A stretch of DNA of 64,000 nt from Macrostomum hystrix. Lineage: Eukaryota > Animalia > Platyhelminthes. The notes under the pieces were generated by a model. It had not been told where the DNA came from. It worked only from the letters and a program-made list of their open reading frames with translations, and made no database searches. Shown here one piece after another: positions 25,155 through 36,297 of this stretch. Numbering within the stretch: the first letter of the stretch is position 1; every line of letters begins with the position of its first letter. Location: contig CATNEN010000038.1 in the NCBI GenBank assembly GCA_950097015.1, forward strand, positions 27,962,001 through 28,026,000. Direction: 5' to 3'. The position numbers were made by a program, and so were the translations under genes.

Positions 25155-26660
25155 ATGGCGTCGCAAGTCAGTATTCAAACCCCACCCGCACTGGACTTGC
25201 GCACGGACCCAAGCACAGCCCAAACAAAATGGAAGAAATGGCTCGCCCAGTTCCAGCTGTTCATGGTCGCCGCAGGCATCGACGATAAGAAGCGGCTGCG
25301 CCAGCTGCTACTGTACACCGCCGGCGAGGACCTGCAGGCGATCGCGGCCGGCCTCACCAACGAGGCGGTGGGCAAGGACGTCGACACACTCGTGGCCGCG
25401 CTCAATCAGCACTTCGACGGCAAGCGGAATCTGCCGTTCACCCGCTACCAGTTCAGGCTCTGCACCCAGCGCCCCGGTGAGCCCATAGATGACTGGCTCC
25501 AGCGCCTCAAGGACGCCGCCGACTGCTGCGCCTTCGGAGACCTGCGAGAGTCCCTGATCCGTGATCAGGTGATTGCATGCTGCAGCTCCGACCATCTCCG
25601 TCGAAAGCTGCTAGCCATCGACAACGTGGACCTGGAGCAGGCGGTGCGGGCGGCCCGGGCCATGGAAGCGGCGGAGGCCCAAGCGAGCGTTATGGAGGCC
25701 AACGATGCGTCTGTGCAGCGGCTCCGACGTCAGGAGGCCGGGGCAGCAGCCCCTGCAGCGCGGCGGCCGACAGGGCAGCCGCGAGACAAGCAGCCGAACG
25801 GCGGGCAGACCAGGTGCATCAGGTGCGGAGCCCCCGGCCACCGCACGTGCAGCGCAGCCGAAGGCAAGACGTGCAACCGCTGCGGCAAGCGAAATCACCT
25901 GGCGAGGGCCTGCCTGTCCCGGCCGAAGGAAGACGTCCACGTCCTGAAGGCCGAGAGCGACAGCTCAGCGGCGGAGGACGGCGTGTTCTGCCTGACCGTG
26001 GCAGCCACAGGAACCGCGGCAGCCGGAGCCCAGACGTCGGTGTTCGTCGGTTCAACGCAGCTGCCCGTGCTGGTGGACAGCGGCGCTGACTGCAACATCA
26101 TCACCGAGCAGGCCTGGCGGACACTGCCGGGACCCCCGCAGCTGCAGGCAACTCGCACGAAGATCTTCGCCTTCCGCTCGCCGAAGCCGCTCAGCACTCT
26201 GGGAGCCTGCAGCCTGCGGGTGTCAACGGGGCAGAACAGTAGGACGGTTCGCTTCATCGTCGTCCCCGGCGGCGGCACCAACATCCTGGGACGTGAGGCC
26301 TCGACTTCGCTCGGGCTCCTGAGCCTAGGGCCTCAGGTCCATGCGATCGAGGCAACCGAGATGGAGGACCCCGCGATCCAGGCGGTCGTCAGGCAATTTC
26401 CCGAGCTCTTCAGAGGCCTCGGAAAGGTCAAGGACGTCTCTGCGCAGATCAACATCAAATCCGACGCCAGGCCAATCTGCCACCCGTCCTCCCGCGTTCC
26501 GGTGCACCTCCGGGAGGCGCTGGACCGCGAGCTAGACGAGCAAGAGCAGCTGGGCATCATCCAGCCAGTCGAGGGCCCCACGCCGTGGGTCAGCCGCATC
26601 GTCGTGGTGCCGAAGGAGGACGCAAGAGCGTGCGGATCACGCAGGATCTGCGCGACGTGA
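25155..26660 (+). CDS. gag: Gypsy gag-protease-RT start
   Basis: CNRCGKRNHLARAC zinc knuckle; LVDSGAD aspartic protease motif. Confidence 0.9.
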   Translation: MASQVSIQTPPALDLRTDPSTAQTKWKKWLAQFQLFMVAAGIDDKKRLRQLLLYTAGEDLQAIAAGLTNEAVGKDVDTLVAALNQHFDGKRNLPFTRYQFRLCTQRPGEPIDDWLQRLKDAADCCAFGDLRESLIRDQVIACCSSDHLRRKLLAIDNVDLEQAVRAARAMEAAEAQASVMEANDASVQRLRRQEAGAAAPAARRPTGQPRDKQPNGGQTRCIRCGAPGHRTCSAAEGKTCNRCGKRNHLARACLSRPKEDVHVLKAESDSSAAEDGVFCLTVAATGTAAAGAQTSVFVGSTQLPVLVDSGADCNIITEQAWRTLPGPPQLQATRTKIFAFRSPKPLSTLGACSLRVSTGQNSRTVRFIVVPGGGTNILGREASTSLGLLSLGPQVHAIEATEMEDPAIQAVVRQFPELFRGLGKVKDVSAQINIKSDARPICHPSSRVPVHLREALDRELDEQEQLGIIQPVEGPTPWVSRIVVVPKEDARACGSRRICAT

Positions 26661-28270
26661 ACAAGGCGGCGCTGAGGGAGCGACACCAGATCCCGACATT
26701 CGAGGAGGCGACAAGCGACATGGCTGGCTCATCGATCTTCAGCAAGCTCGACATTTTCAAAGCATTCCACCAGATTGAAATCAGCGAGGACAGCCGGAAG
26801 TACTTCGTGTTCTCAACGCCCCGAGGAATGAGGCAGTTGACTCGCCTGAGCATGGGATTCGCCTCCGCGTCGGAGATCCTACAGCGTGTGATGCAGCGAG
26901 TGCTGGAGGGCCTGACGGGTGTTAAGTGGATCCACGACGACATCATCGTCCACAGCCGAGACCTGAAGGCTCACAAGACTCACGTGGCAGCCTGCCTGGC
27001 CAGACTGCGAGAGCACGGCATCACCCTCAACGGCAGCAAGTGCCGCTGGGGGATCGGCAAGGCCAAGTTCATGGCAATGACGCTGTCCAAGTTTGGGATC
27101 CAGCCATCTCAAGAGAAGATCGCCGAGCTGCAAGCCTTCAAAGAACCACAGTCCGTCAAGGAGGTCCGGTCGTTCCTCGGCCTGGCCAACCACCTGGAGA
27201 AGTTCATGCCGCAGCTAGCGGACAAGGCGGAGCCGCTCAGGCGGCTGACACGGAAGGGCCAGGAGTTCGTCTGGGACAGCGAGCAGCAGCAGGCCTTCCA
27301 GAACGTCAAGGACTGCATCTCAGAGAGCGGCACCCTGGCCTTCTTCGACAAGCAGCTGCCAACAGAGCTAGTGGTCGATGCATCGCCCGTTGGCGTCGGC
27401 GCCATCCTGCAGCAGCGGCACCCCGGTGGGCAGACCCGGCCGGTGGCCTACGCGAGCCGCACCCTCAGCGAGGTCGAGCGGAGCTACAGCCAGATCGAGC
27501 GCGAGGCCCTGGGCGTCAAGTTCGGCTGCCTAAAGTTCGCGTTCTACCTGGAGGGCTGTCCTCATTTCGACGTCTACACCGACCACAAGCCGCTGCTGGG
27601 CATTTACAGGCCAGACTCCCGGCCGCCGCCGCGACTCGAGCGCATCATGCTACAGACGCAGCACTTCTCATTCACGCTGCACTACCGCAAGGGCGAGGAC
27701 AATCCGGCCGATCCCCTGAGCCGCAACCCGCTGCCGGAGACGTCGCCGGGCAGGGACGAGGCCGCGGAGACCAGGCTGCTCAACGCCGTGGTCCGGGCCG
27801 CGACACCGAAGGGCCTGACGATGGACAGGATTCGCGCTGCAACCAAGAGGGACCCCGCTCTGACGGTCGTCATGCAAGCCCTAGCGACTGGGCACTGGCG
27901 CTGCGGCGCCGCGGCCCCGGCGCACAGCTTCCGGTCCCTGAAGGATGAGCTCAGCGTCCACGACGACGTCTTGCTCCGGGGCAGCAAGATCGTGATCCCG
28001 ACGGAGCTGCAGCAGCTGACCATCGCACTGGCGCACCAGGGTCACCTCGGCCAGAAGAAAACGTGCGACCGGCTGCAGCGGAAGGTCTGGTGGCCCGGCA
28101 TGACACAGCAGGTCGAGGCCGTTGTCTCCCACTGCCGCCCGTGCCAGGCGGCTCGACCGGACGGCGCCGTCAAGCAGCCGCCGATGCAGCCGACACCGCT
28201 GCCCTCGGGGCCGTGGCAATCGCTGAGCGTGGACGTCTGCGGACCGTTCCCGACTGGCGAGAACGTGGTG
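26620..28270 (+). pseudogene. pol: Gypsy pol (RT, RNase H, partial integrase), frameshifted relative to gag
   Basis: DLRDVNKA, FSKLDIFKAFHQI, WIHDDIIV, YSQIEREAL, AHQGH...CRPC, SVDVCGPF. Confidence 0.9.
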
Positions 28271-28509
28271 GTTCAGCCGGTACTTCAGCCGGTACCCGGA
28301 CACCTACGTGGTGCGCAGCCTCACGAGCACCAGCATCATCACCTGCGCTATGGCCATCAGGCGTCGTTGAGTTTGTTTCATCGAGTTCGAAGCACTATTT
28401 TATTGTAGTCAGTGAAAAAGTGTTAGTTTGTAAACTCTTTTTATGCAATAATGAATTTCACATGATTAAGGTTACTATTTGACTGGGCATCGCGATTACA
28501 AGCTTTGTC

Positions 28510-29167
28510 CTACTGACCCTTCAACCCTGCTGACCCTTCAACCCTGCTGACCCTTCAACCCTTCTGACCCTTCAACCCTACTGACCCTTCAACCCAACTA
28601 ACCCTTCAACCCTACTGACCCTTCAACCCTACTGACCCTTCAACCCTACTGACCCTTCAACCCAACTAACCCTTCAACCCTACTGACCCTTCAACCCTAC
28701 TGACCCTTCAACCCAACTAACCCTTCAACCCTACTGACCCTTCAACCCTACTGACCCTTCAACCCTACTGACCCTACAACCCAACTAACCCTTCAACCCT
28801 GCTGACCCTTCAACCCTGCTGACCCTTCAACCCTACTGACCCTTCAACCCTACTGACCCTTCAACCCAACTAACCCTTCAACCCTACTGACCCTTCAACC
28901 CAACTAACCCTTCAACCCTACTGACCCTTTAACCCTACTGACCCTTCAACCCTACTGACCCTTCAACCCTACTGACCCTTCAACCCAACTAACCCTTCAA
29001 CCCAACTAACCCTTCAACCCTACTGACCCTTCAACCCAACTAACCCTTCAACCCTACTGACCCTTTAACCCTACTGACCCTTCAACCCTACTGACCCTTC
29101 AACCCTACTGACCCTTCAACCCAACTAACCCTTCAACCCTACTGACCCTTTAACCCTGCTGACCCTT
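28510..29167. repeat. 17-bp minisatellite, expanded copy
   Basis: Same unit as 16281-16530. Confidence 0.95.
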
Positions 29168-29376
29168 ACCGTACTTATCCTTCAATCCTATTGACCACCA
29201 AAATACGAACTGACCCTACAACCAAAAATAAGAAAACAATCGGTTATACGTGGTGAAAACTATCAATACTCAAATTTGCATTCCAAAAAAAACTCCTCTG
29301 ACTCCTCTGACTACTGTGTCAGTCAATCTACTAGTCAAACCAGTCAAAAACTGCTCAAAAACTGCTCACAGACAGC

Positions 29377-30771
29377 TCAGTGCTCCAGCAGCGAACTCGC
29401 TACAAGGTCCTGCATCGTCTGGACGCAGTTCCACAGGTGGCTGACAAACTCCGGATCGCTGATGGTCTCGGGATCGACATGGCAGTCCAGTCCAGCAGTG
29501 ACTCGATGCTCCGCCCTCGGCTCGGCGGCAATCACATTGCCGTCCAGTTTGTCACTGAAGAACTTGAATTTGCGCAGCTTGACTTTGAACGGCCATTCGC
29601 CGTGCTGCTGCACAAAGCTGTGGTTCTTTTGCTCTCTCACGTACTCCAGGTTTTGAGCAAGGTGCGGCTGTCTCAGCCGATAGCGCTGTTCCGTGGTTTC
29701 CCACTCGTCTGTGAGATCAGCTCCCGGCTGGACTATCTCGAACAGATTCTGAAGCTCCTCCAGTTGGAATCCTTCCTTGACCAGGCACTCGTACACCTTT
29801 TCAGTCGAGTTGCTCGCGAATGAGGTGTCAAACTGCAGACGGAAGTCGGCCTTCTCACGAAACGTCCCTTTAAAATCCGAGCCCTTCGCTGTGACGAGGT
29901 CCAAGTTCCACATATCCGTGATCATTGTGATGCTTTGCAGTTTGAGATCAGTTGCACCAAAGAACAGTTGGAACTTGTGTGTTTCGCCATTGAGACTCAT
30001 TGAGATACAATGCTCAACATATTCCACAGCCTCAAAGCCTCGCATTTCGAGGAAGGCCTCTATTTTTTCATGACTGCCGCAATTCTTCTCAGTCATAAAG
30101 CTCGAATACATGAACATGTGGTTCGGGTTTTCTCTTATGGTAAAGAACCTCTGGAGAAGTCTTCGACCATCTCGGTAGGTGCTTCGATCAAGCAGCAGAT
30201 TGAAGTCATCAAGTCGAGGTCCTGGTCTCTCATCGAACTTGAAGTACTTTTCAAACAATTTCAGGTCGCCGATTCGAAAGTGAACCATGAGACGGCACCT
30301 GTCATTGTGCAGAATCTCACAATTTTTAACATCTCTGACAATGCTCTGTAGCTTCTCACGAAATCGACGACAAACTTCTTCGTCGGTTGTCGGGTCAAAC
30401 AGCGGGACACGAGTGAAATCATGCAAGGTTTCAGGATCGTTATACCAAAAGCCCCTGTACTCTCCGAATGCGAGGGGCTGCTCAGCGCTTCCACAGAGAA
30501 GAATCCGAATTTCGCAGTCTCGATTCTGATATCTGAATCCTTTCCTGAGACTTAGGCTATTGTTACCAGGAGCGTATTCAGCTCTATTCCGTGGTCCATA
30601 GCGCGGAATGACAATCCGTGATTCAGCTCCTTGACGACCCGCTGCAGCTCCTTTGTTGACGCCTCCACCAGTATTTTGTGGTCCATAGCGCGGAATGACA
30701 ATTCGTGGTTCAGCTCCTTGACGACCCGCTGCAGCTCCTTTGTTGACGCCTCCACCAGCACCAGCTGACAT
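29377..30771 (-). CDS. Unknown family subfamily A copy 3
   Basis: Intact ORF from ATG 30771; differs from copy 1 by an N-terminal duplication, in-frame indels and a few substitutions. Confidence 0.85.
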   Translation of the reverse strand: MSAGAGGGVNKGAAAGRQGAEPRIVIPRYGPQNTGGGVNKGAAAGRQGAESRIVIPRYGPRNRAEYAPGNNSLSLRKGFRYQNRDCEIRILLCGSAEQPLAFGEYRGFWYNDPETLHDFTRVPLFDPTTDEEVCRRFREKLQSIVRDVKNCEILHNDRCRLMVHFRIGDLKLFEKYFKFDERPGPRLDDFNLLLDRSTYRDGRRLLQRFFTIRENPNHMFMYSSFMTEKNCGSHEKIEAFLEMRGFEAVEYVEHCISMSLNGETHKFQLFFGATDLKLQSITMITDMWNLDLVTAKGSDFKGTFREKADFRLQFDTSFASNSTEKVYECLVKEGFQLEELQNLFEIVQPGADLTDEWETTEQRYRLRQPHLAQNLEYVREQKNHSFVQQHGEWPFKVKLRKFKFFSDKLDGNVIAAEPRAEHRVTAGLDCHVDPETISDPEFVSHLWNCVQTMQDLVASSLLEH

Positions 30772-31899
30772 TGTGTCCAAGTGTGCAATGTGTTTGTTTA
30801 GGAATTTTCAGTTTGGGTTCTGATCAGTCGATTGCAAGTGCGAGCTATGGCAAGCTATCTATCGCGGCTTTTAAATCTTTTCCGATATTGTAGGAAGGTT
30901 TCGAAATTTCTTGGAAATTCGTTCGGTTCGTGCACTTAAACACATTGGTAGTGATCTAATATATAGGTCATGGATTTGCAAATCTTGACTTTCAAGTATT
31001 CATGTTGTTTTTTAAGTTCCAGACATATGGGAGTGTCGGGTTTATGCAAACCTCAATAAACAATGTACACTGCATACTGTACATTCTGCCCTATGCTTTC
31101 CTCTGGCCTAGCTCGCACTTGATTCTAAAAATAGCTCGCACTCATGTCTCCCTCCATTTGTGCGCGACCCCACTCCCCTTCTAGAACATTCTGTAAGCCT
31201 TGCAAATACGCTTCAGAACATTGTATTTGCCATGGCTCACAATCACATGATTCGCGTATACGACGAGGCGTCCGTGGATCGATACGGCCCAGGAATGTGA
31301 GGAAGAAGTTCGGCGAGCGTTCGCTGGGGAGCGTGTGCGTGTGGGACAAAGAATCAGCTGCCCCTGTGTTAGCAATCTCCCAGCGTTTCTCCCTCTCTCC
31401 CCATTCTGTCTCTGTTGTGGGGAGCGTGTGCGTGTGGGACAAAGAAACAGCTGCCCCTGTGTTAGCAATCTCCCAGCGTTTCTCCCTCTCTCCCCATTCT
31501 GTCTCTGTTGTGCGCGCTGCTTGAATTTAAATACACTGGAGTCTGGAAGCGAGAGGCAGAGCTTCGCTGCCGCTTTTCATGTGACTCCGGAGTCCACACA
31601 GAAACGGGCCTCTGGCCCGTGGAGCGTTTATCTCTCTGTTGCTGTGGCAGAAGGTAACAGGAAGACAAAACTTTCCTGTTATACATTCTATAGGCTTCCG
31701 GCGCAGCTAAGTTGTCTACTCCTGCCCTGTCTCACGATCTTCCATCTTCTGAAATGTTATTCCAGAAATTTTCGGAAACCCAATAGTACACTAGTTCACT
31801 CGAATATACACTCAATATACTCTTATAGAAGTGTGAATTAGGAAACTAAGAAAACTCAGGGAAAATGATGGTATAACAATTGTGCATGATTTACTTGCC

Positions 31900-32834
31900 T
31901 TGGAAAGTTACTTTGGAAAGTAACGGAATTTACTTTTTCTTAAGGTGGTACTTTTTTAGTTACTTTTTCAACTGTGTAACGGAGTAGCGGTAACGTAGTC
32001 CGGTCCTCCGGTCCTCCGTTACTAGCCAATATCAAATAGCAAATGGCAAATAAAAAATGTTTACAAATTTACAATAACTTATAGTTTTTACTTTTTAAAC
32101 ACAATTTAACTTCCTTATTTACAATGCCAGCTCCCTTCCATTCCAGTCTCACTCTTGCCCGTTGTCAGTTGCCCGTTGTTGTTCATTGGCACGTCACGAC
32201 TCACGTCACTTCTCTTCCTCTACATTTCAGTTGTCCCTTTTCTAGTTTTCTCCGTCCTTCCATCCCTTCTCTCCATCCCTCTCCTTTCTCTCTCCTTTCT
32301 CCATTCGTCTCATCCATTCCTCTCACGCCAAAAATTTGAAAACGGAAAAGTTCCCAAAGGTTGTGACCCTGTTTGTTTATGTTTTTGTGTGTTTACTGTT
32401 TATGCGTCAGTGGTCACACTGGCTATCAATCTATAATATCGTAATGCATATTCTAATATTTTATTCATCCAAATTCACGTATCGTATTTAAATTTACAAC
32501 AAAATATTTGAAATTTATATATTTGAAAATTTTAATTTTATATAATTTTATAATATTTCAACCAACCTGTCCTGTCTAACCGCTAGACTGCAACTTTCAC
32601 ACCTAGCTTTTAGAAAATATTCGCCTTTTGGTCCTGGACTTAAAAATAAGTTAAATAAATTGTTTTCAAATCTAAAAATCTGAAAAAATGACATTAGTAA
32701 CAAAGTAACGGACAAAGTAACGGGGGTTACCAAAAAATCGAAAAGTACCGGTTACAAGTAACGAATTAAACATCTTTTTGGAGAATTTGGTAACGGAAGT
32801 TCCGTTACTTTTAAAAGTAACTTGCCCAGCACTG
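31900..32834. mobile_element. One-ended relic of a hAT-type element related to the 19812-21103 MITE (left boundary approximate)
   Basis: AAAGTAACTTGCCCAGCACTG (32814-32834) matches the MITE terminus at 20 of 21 bases; GTAAC subterminal repeats; second TIR not found. Confidence 0.6.
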
Positions 32835-32899
32835 CCGCCTTAAGAAACATTCATACACGGCTTCGAAAACAGAATTTCAATCCGCAGTTCGTCCAAACG

Positions 32900-33946
32900 C
32901 TGTAGATGCAAGCGCAGAGCCGACACGGGACGTAGAGTCTCTCGCCGAGTCTCTCGTCCACGTAGTACAAAATAGTAAATTTGGTGGAATATAACCCACT
33001 GCTACAGGACTCCGCAGTTTGTCCAATCAAAGTAGGCCATGATTTTGACTAGATCTTTCTTCTCGATGGCAGCGAACTCGTCTTGGACCTTTGGCTGGTT
33101 CCCGCCCTTGTATTTTTGGACCATGGACACTAGCATCCGATTGGCAGCGGTAAACACGAAATCTCCGATAATGTTTACCCGTGGACGGTTGATAGTGAAG
33201 AACCTATTGAGTCCGGAAAGGGCGGATAGCTCAGTCAGTAAGGTGTCGGACTCTGGATCAGATGGTCCTGGGTTCGACTCCCGACCTGGTCTAGAACTGT
33301 GCTGTTCTAGTTCTGTGCGGCAATTCTGTGGGGTTTGGATACTGCCGATATGTTTGGAAAAATAAATTCCATTGCTGACACGCGGCTGTGAACCGGTGTC
33401 CGAGAGAGCCGGGGAGTACAATAGGTGTGCAGTCCCCACCTGCTAGTGTGCCTGACACAACACCTGCACTGGCCCTTGGGTCTAGTGTCAATTATTATTA
33501 TTATAATTATTATTATTATATAATAATAATAATATATAATTATTGAGTCCGGCTCGAGTGCAAATCAGTCTTGGAGGCGCGTAGAACAGGCCATCCTGGG
33601 TCCTTAGCGTTGAATAGAAGAGACGCAGATAGCTGTTCAAAATAGTAGGCGGTACTCGCATCAGATCTGATGCCAATTGCTTATCAGTCAAAAACGTTTG
33701 AAACCTCGTCACAGCGTCCGCCATCTGTCTTTCAGAGGACTTCGGGATTCCTTCTCGTTCAGTTTCTTTAAGTTCCTCGAGCGCATCTTCGCTCAGGTCC
33801 TGAATCTCTTCAGTGTCTAGTTGTCGAGCGAACTCGACACTCAATTCTTCCAAATAGCGGCTTGCTGTCTCTGACGACACCAAATTCAACTCCTCTGTTG
33901 ACAGACCACTGATAAGTTTGTCGGGCAGATTCGCACAGTTCAACAT
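32900..33946 (-). pseudogene. Crypton-type (DUF3504/ZMYM-KCTD1-like) tyrosine recombinase, disrupted
   Basis: IPKSS...AV..FQ.FL...LNSYLRLFY..LR..DG..Y.P..L....AGLNRF once the SINE is removed; past an in-frame TAG at 33002-33004 it reads QWVIFHQIYYFVLRGRE, the catalytic-Arg motif. Confidence 0.78.
33217..33540 (+). mobile_element. tRNA-derived SINE with 12-bp TSD TATTGAGTCCGG
   Basis: A box TAGCTCAGTCAG, B box GGTTCGACTCC, (ATT)n/(AAT)n tail; TSD at 33205-33216 and 33541-33552. Confidence 0.92.
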
Positions 33947-33952
33947 TCTTAG

Positions 33953-34198
33953 TCAGTAGTTGATTAGACAGACAGAACTTTCTAGAATCGTTGCTTGAAA
34001 ACGCGGCTCCCTAGCCCCGTCCTCTTGACGTCCTCTCGAGAATAGTGGCATCTTTCGGATAGCATCTTTTAGGTTATCGAATGCCGGAATTGGATGTAAC
34101 AGTTTGGCTTCCGGGATGCGAGAAAGGCAATCGGCAACGGTGTTGTTTTTTCCCGCGATGTAGCGAAGCGTAAACTGGTAGTCTAGTAAATAAAGAAT
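33953..34198 (-). mobile_element. Retroelement RNase H C-terminal fragment
   Basis: Hand translation ILYLLDYQFTLRYIAGKNNTVADCLSRIP matches the Y..G..N..AD.LSR motif. Confidence 0.75.
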
Positions 34199-34199
34199 C

Positions 34200-35415
34200 T
34201 GTTATGTAGTGTCTTGCAGCGAGGGCGCGTACGCTGAGTACACCGCTCTGGCAGCCGTCTGTTTAACTGACTGACTGACTGAATGACTGAGATTGGTCAA
34301 TGATCGATTCATTGTACGCGCTATTTTATCACCTCTAATCCTTGCACCTAACGTGCCGTCGCCTAAAATATATTATATCGCCTGTTCTTAGGAGCGTGGA
34401 GCTCTGACAGCTTTCGTTGCTGTCGTGCACTAAATATCACCAGTCTAGAGTTATTTCAGTGGCGAAGAGACTTGGACCCAGCCTTGCCAGCCCACGGAAT
34501 CGGAGAATCTGATGACTCCGTCGAAACCTGGGATGAGTACCTGGGATCGTACGACGATATCTGTTCGCTGCTGAGCGGTCATTTCAACCCGAGACCAAGT
34601 GAGATCGTCCAGAGGTTCCACTTTAACAACCGAGCCCAGCGTGCTGGAGAGACTGTGGCAGAGTTTCTGGCGGAGCTGCGGAAGCTGGCCGAGTTCTGCA
34701 ACTTTGGCAGCAGCTTGTCGGACATGCTGCGTGACAGACTGGAGTGCGGCATCGCGGATCAGCAAATCCAACGCTGGCTGCTGATGGAGCCGACCCACAC
34801 CCTCGACACAGCAAAGGAGATCGCTCAGGCGGGCGAATCGGCAGCCATCAACTGCCGGTTGCTGGGATTAGCGAACTCGGCAGCACCGACGCCTTCGACG
34901 GAGAGCGATGCTGTGCTACGGATGGAGCAGCAGCGACCAGAGGAAGACAGCAAACAGCTGGGAGCCGAAAGTCGTCGGCGCTGCTTCCGCTGTCTCTCAA
35001 CCCGTCACCTGGCCAGCAAGTGCCCCTTCGTGGACAAGCGCTGCTTTAAGTGCAGCAAGACCGGACACACAGCGAAGGTCTGTAAGACAGATGCACTGCG
35101 GCAGCAGCAGACACACCAGCTGGTGGAGCAGGTGACCACGAGCTCGAGTCCAGATGAGTTGTCGTATCCGTTCTATCACCTGGGGTCGGATTGGCCTCAG
35201 TCAAGTTTTCCGCCGATCAGGTCTTCAGTCTTCATGTCTTCCAAGGCCTGGGAGAGTTTAACGGCAAGCCAGTATCTGTCAGTCTCAAGGAGACCGCCAG
35301 ACCGAAGTTCTTCAAGGCGCGGCCTGTTCCGTTCGCGCTGCGTGAAAAAGTCGTACAGCAGCTGCAGAAGAAAATCGACCAAGGAGTGCTGATGCAGGTC
35401 AAGAACTCCGTGTAT
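34200..35415 (+). mobile_element. Second Gypsy (Mag-like) element, internally deleted and truncated
   Basis: LTR 34200-34458 (TG...CA), PBS TGGCGAAGAG at 34460; gag with CFRC...H...C and CFKC..TGH...C; RT start FFKARPVPFALREKV; protease missing. Confidence 0.88.
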
Positions 35416-36297
35416 TCCTTCATCCATGAGTACGAGTAATTACAATTTCGCTTTTGTCGAGAAAAAGTCAAGAATAAAGCTAATCACGTTGAGAATCCCC
35501 ATTCACTACAGTAGCAGTCACTGACACAGATCTGCACGATACCATAGACAGAAAAGCAAACCAAGTAGAGAATTCCAAGCTGCACTCTTCTCTGGCCATA
35601 GACTATAATAAATCAAGCTAAGTCGTTTATTAAAAGTTCTTCTCTTTCGATTTCAATTCGAAAGAATTCTGAATTTTTTTGTTAACCTTCGGATGATTTT
35701 TATTAACTTGAATTTTTGAGTTTTTGTCTTTGGTCGAGTGTTGTTTCTATGGCAGTTGCTGCAACTGCAGTGAACCGGGATTTTCAGCGTGATTGAATTT
35801 TATTTCTCGACTTGGCTGACAAAAGTGATGCTAAATACTCAGTACTTGGTTTTGGTTGCTTAAATTTCAATGGAACTCCATTCCGTTTCCATTTACTTTT
35901 TTACCCCATTGTTCGTGCTTCGATAAGTCCATTGGTTTCTATGATTCGTGTTAAAAGTTTTTTAATGTACATTTTTATTGTGCACAGGCACATGAAGCCA
36001 GTGTACACTCTTGTGCACTCTTGCAAACTAACTGGCCATAAAAAAGAGTGTTTTAATGCACATATCCTTGTTACAGGCTAGATTCGACTAGAAAACTATC
36101 GCATTTTCCGAGATTTACGTTAGCAAATTATATACGTGATGCTCCTTAAACAAGGTACAAAGCAAGAATATTAAAACTTTGAAAGGCTTGGCTATTAGAA
36201 TAATTAATTAGAAGACGAAGTAGTCATAATTTTAGCTGTAGAACTTCTTGGCGACAAAATCCCACAATTTTTTAATAAACTTATTCACTTTTTAGGT

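Larger units (their letters stand above)
24956..28355 (+). mobile_element. Ty3/Gypsy (Mag-like) LTR retrotransposon, 3'-truncated
   Basis: 5' LTR 24956-25154 (TGTAGTGC...GCACTACA), PBS TGGCG at 25156; gag with CCHC knuckles, protease LVDSGA, RT (IHDD), RNase H (DAS, EREAL, TDHKPL), integrase HHCC then a break; frameshift near 26620; no 3' LTR. Confidence 0.95.
24414..31381. repeat. Diverged direct duplicate of ~15560-18650, interrupted by a Gypsy element
   Basis: Shared unique flanks, e.g. AATGAATCGAGAAGCTTCAA, GAAGCACTATTTTATTGTAG, GTTAGCAATCTCCCA. Confidence 0.92.

Noticed and set aside
26600-26660. Programmed gag-pol frameshift
   Set aside because: The shift lies inside RT with no slippery heptamer; better explained by a 1-bp loss.
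25175-28482. Many overlapping alternative-frame and antisense ORFs in the Gypsy element and the LINE (48.9-53.7 kb)
   Set aside because: Expected in GC-rich coding DNA with few stops; no recognisable motifs.
33219-33290. tRNA genes (also 12202-12270 and 22067-22123)
   Set aside because: A and B boxes are present but I could not fold a full cloverleaf; the first two continue into SINE bodies and the third is degenerate.
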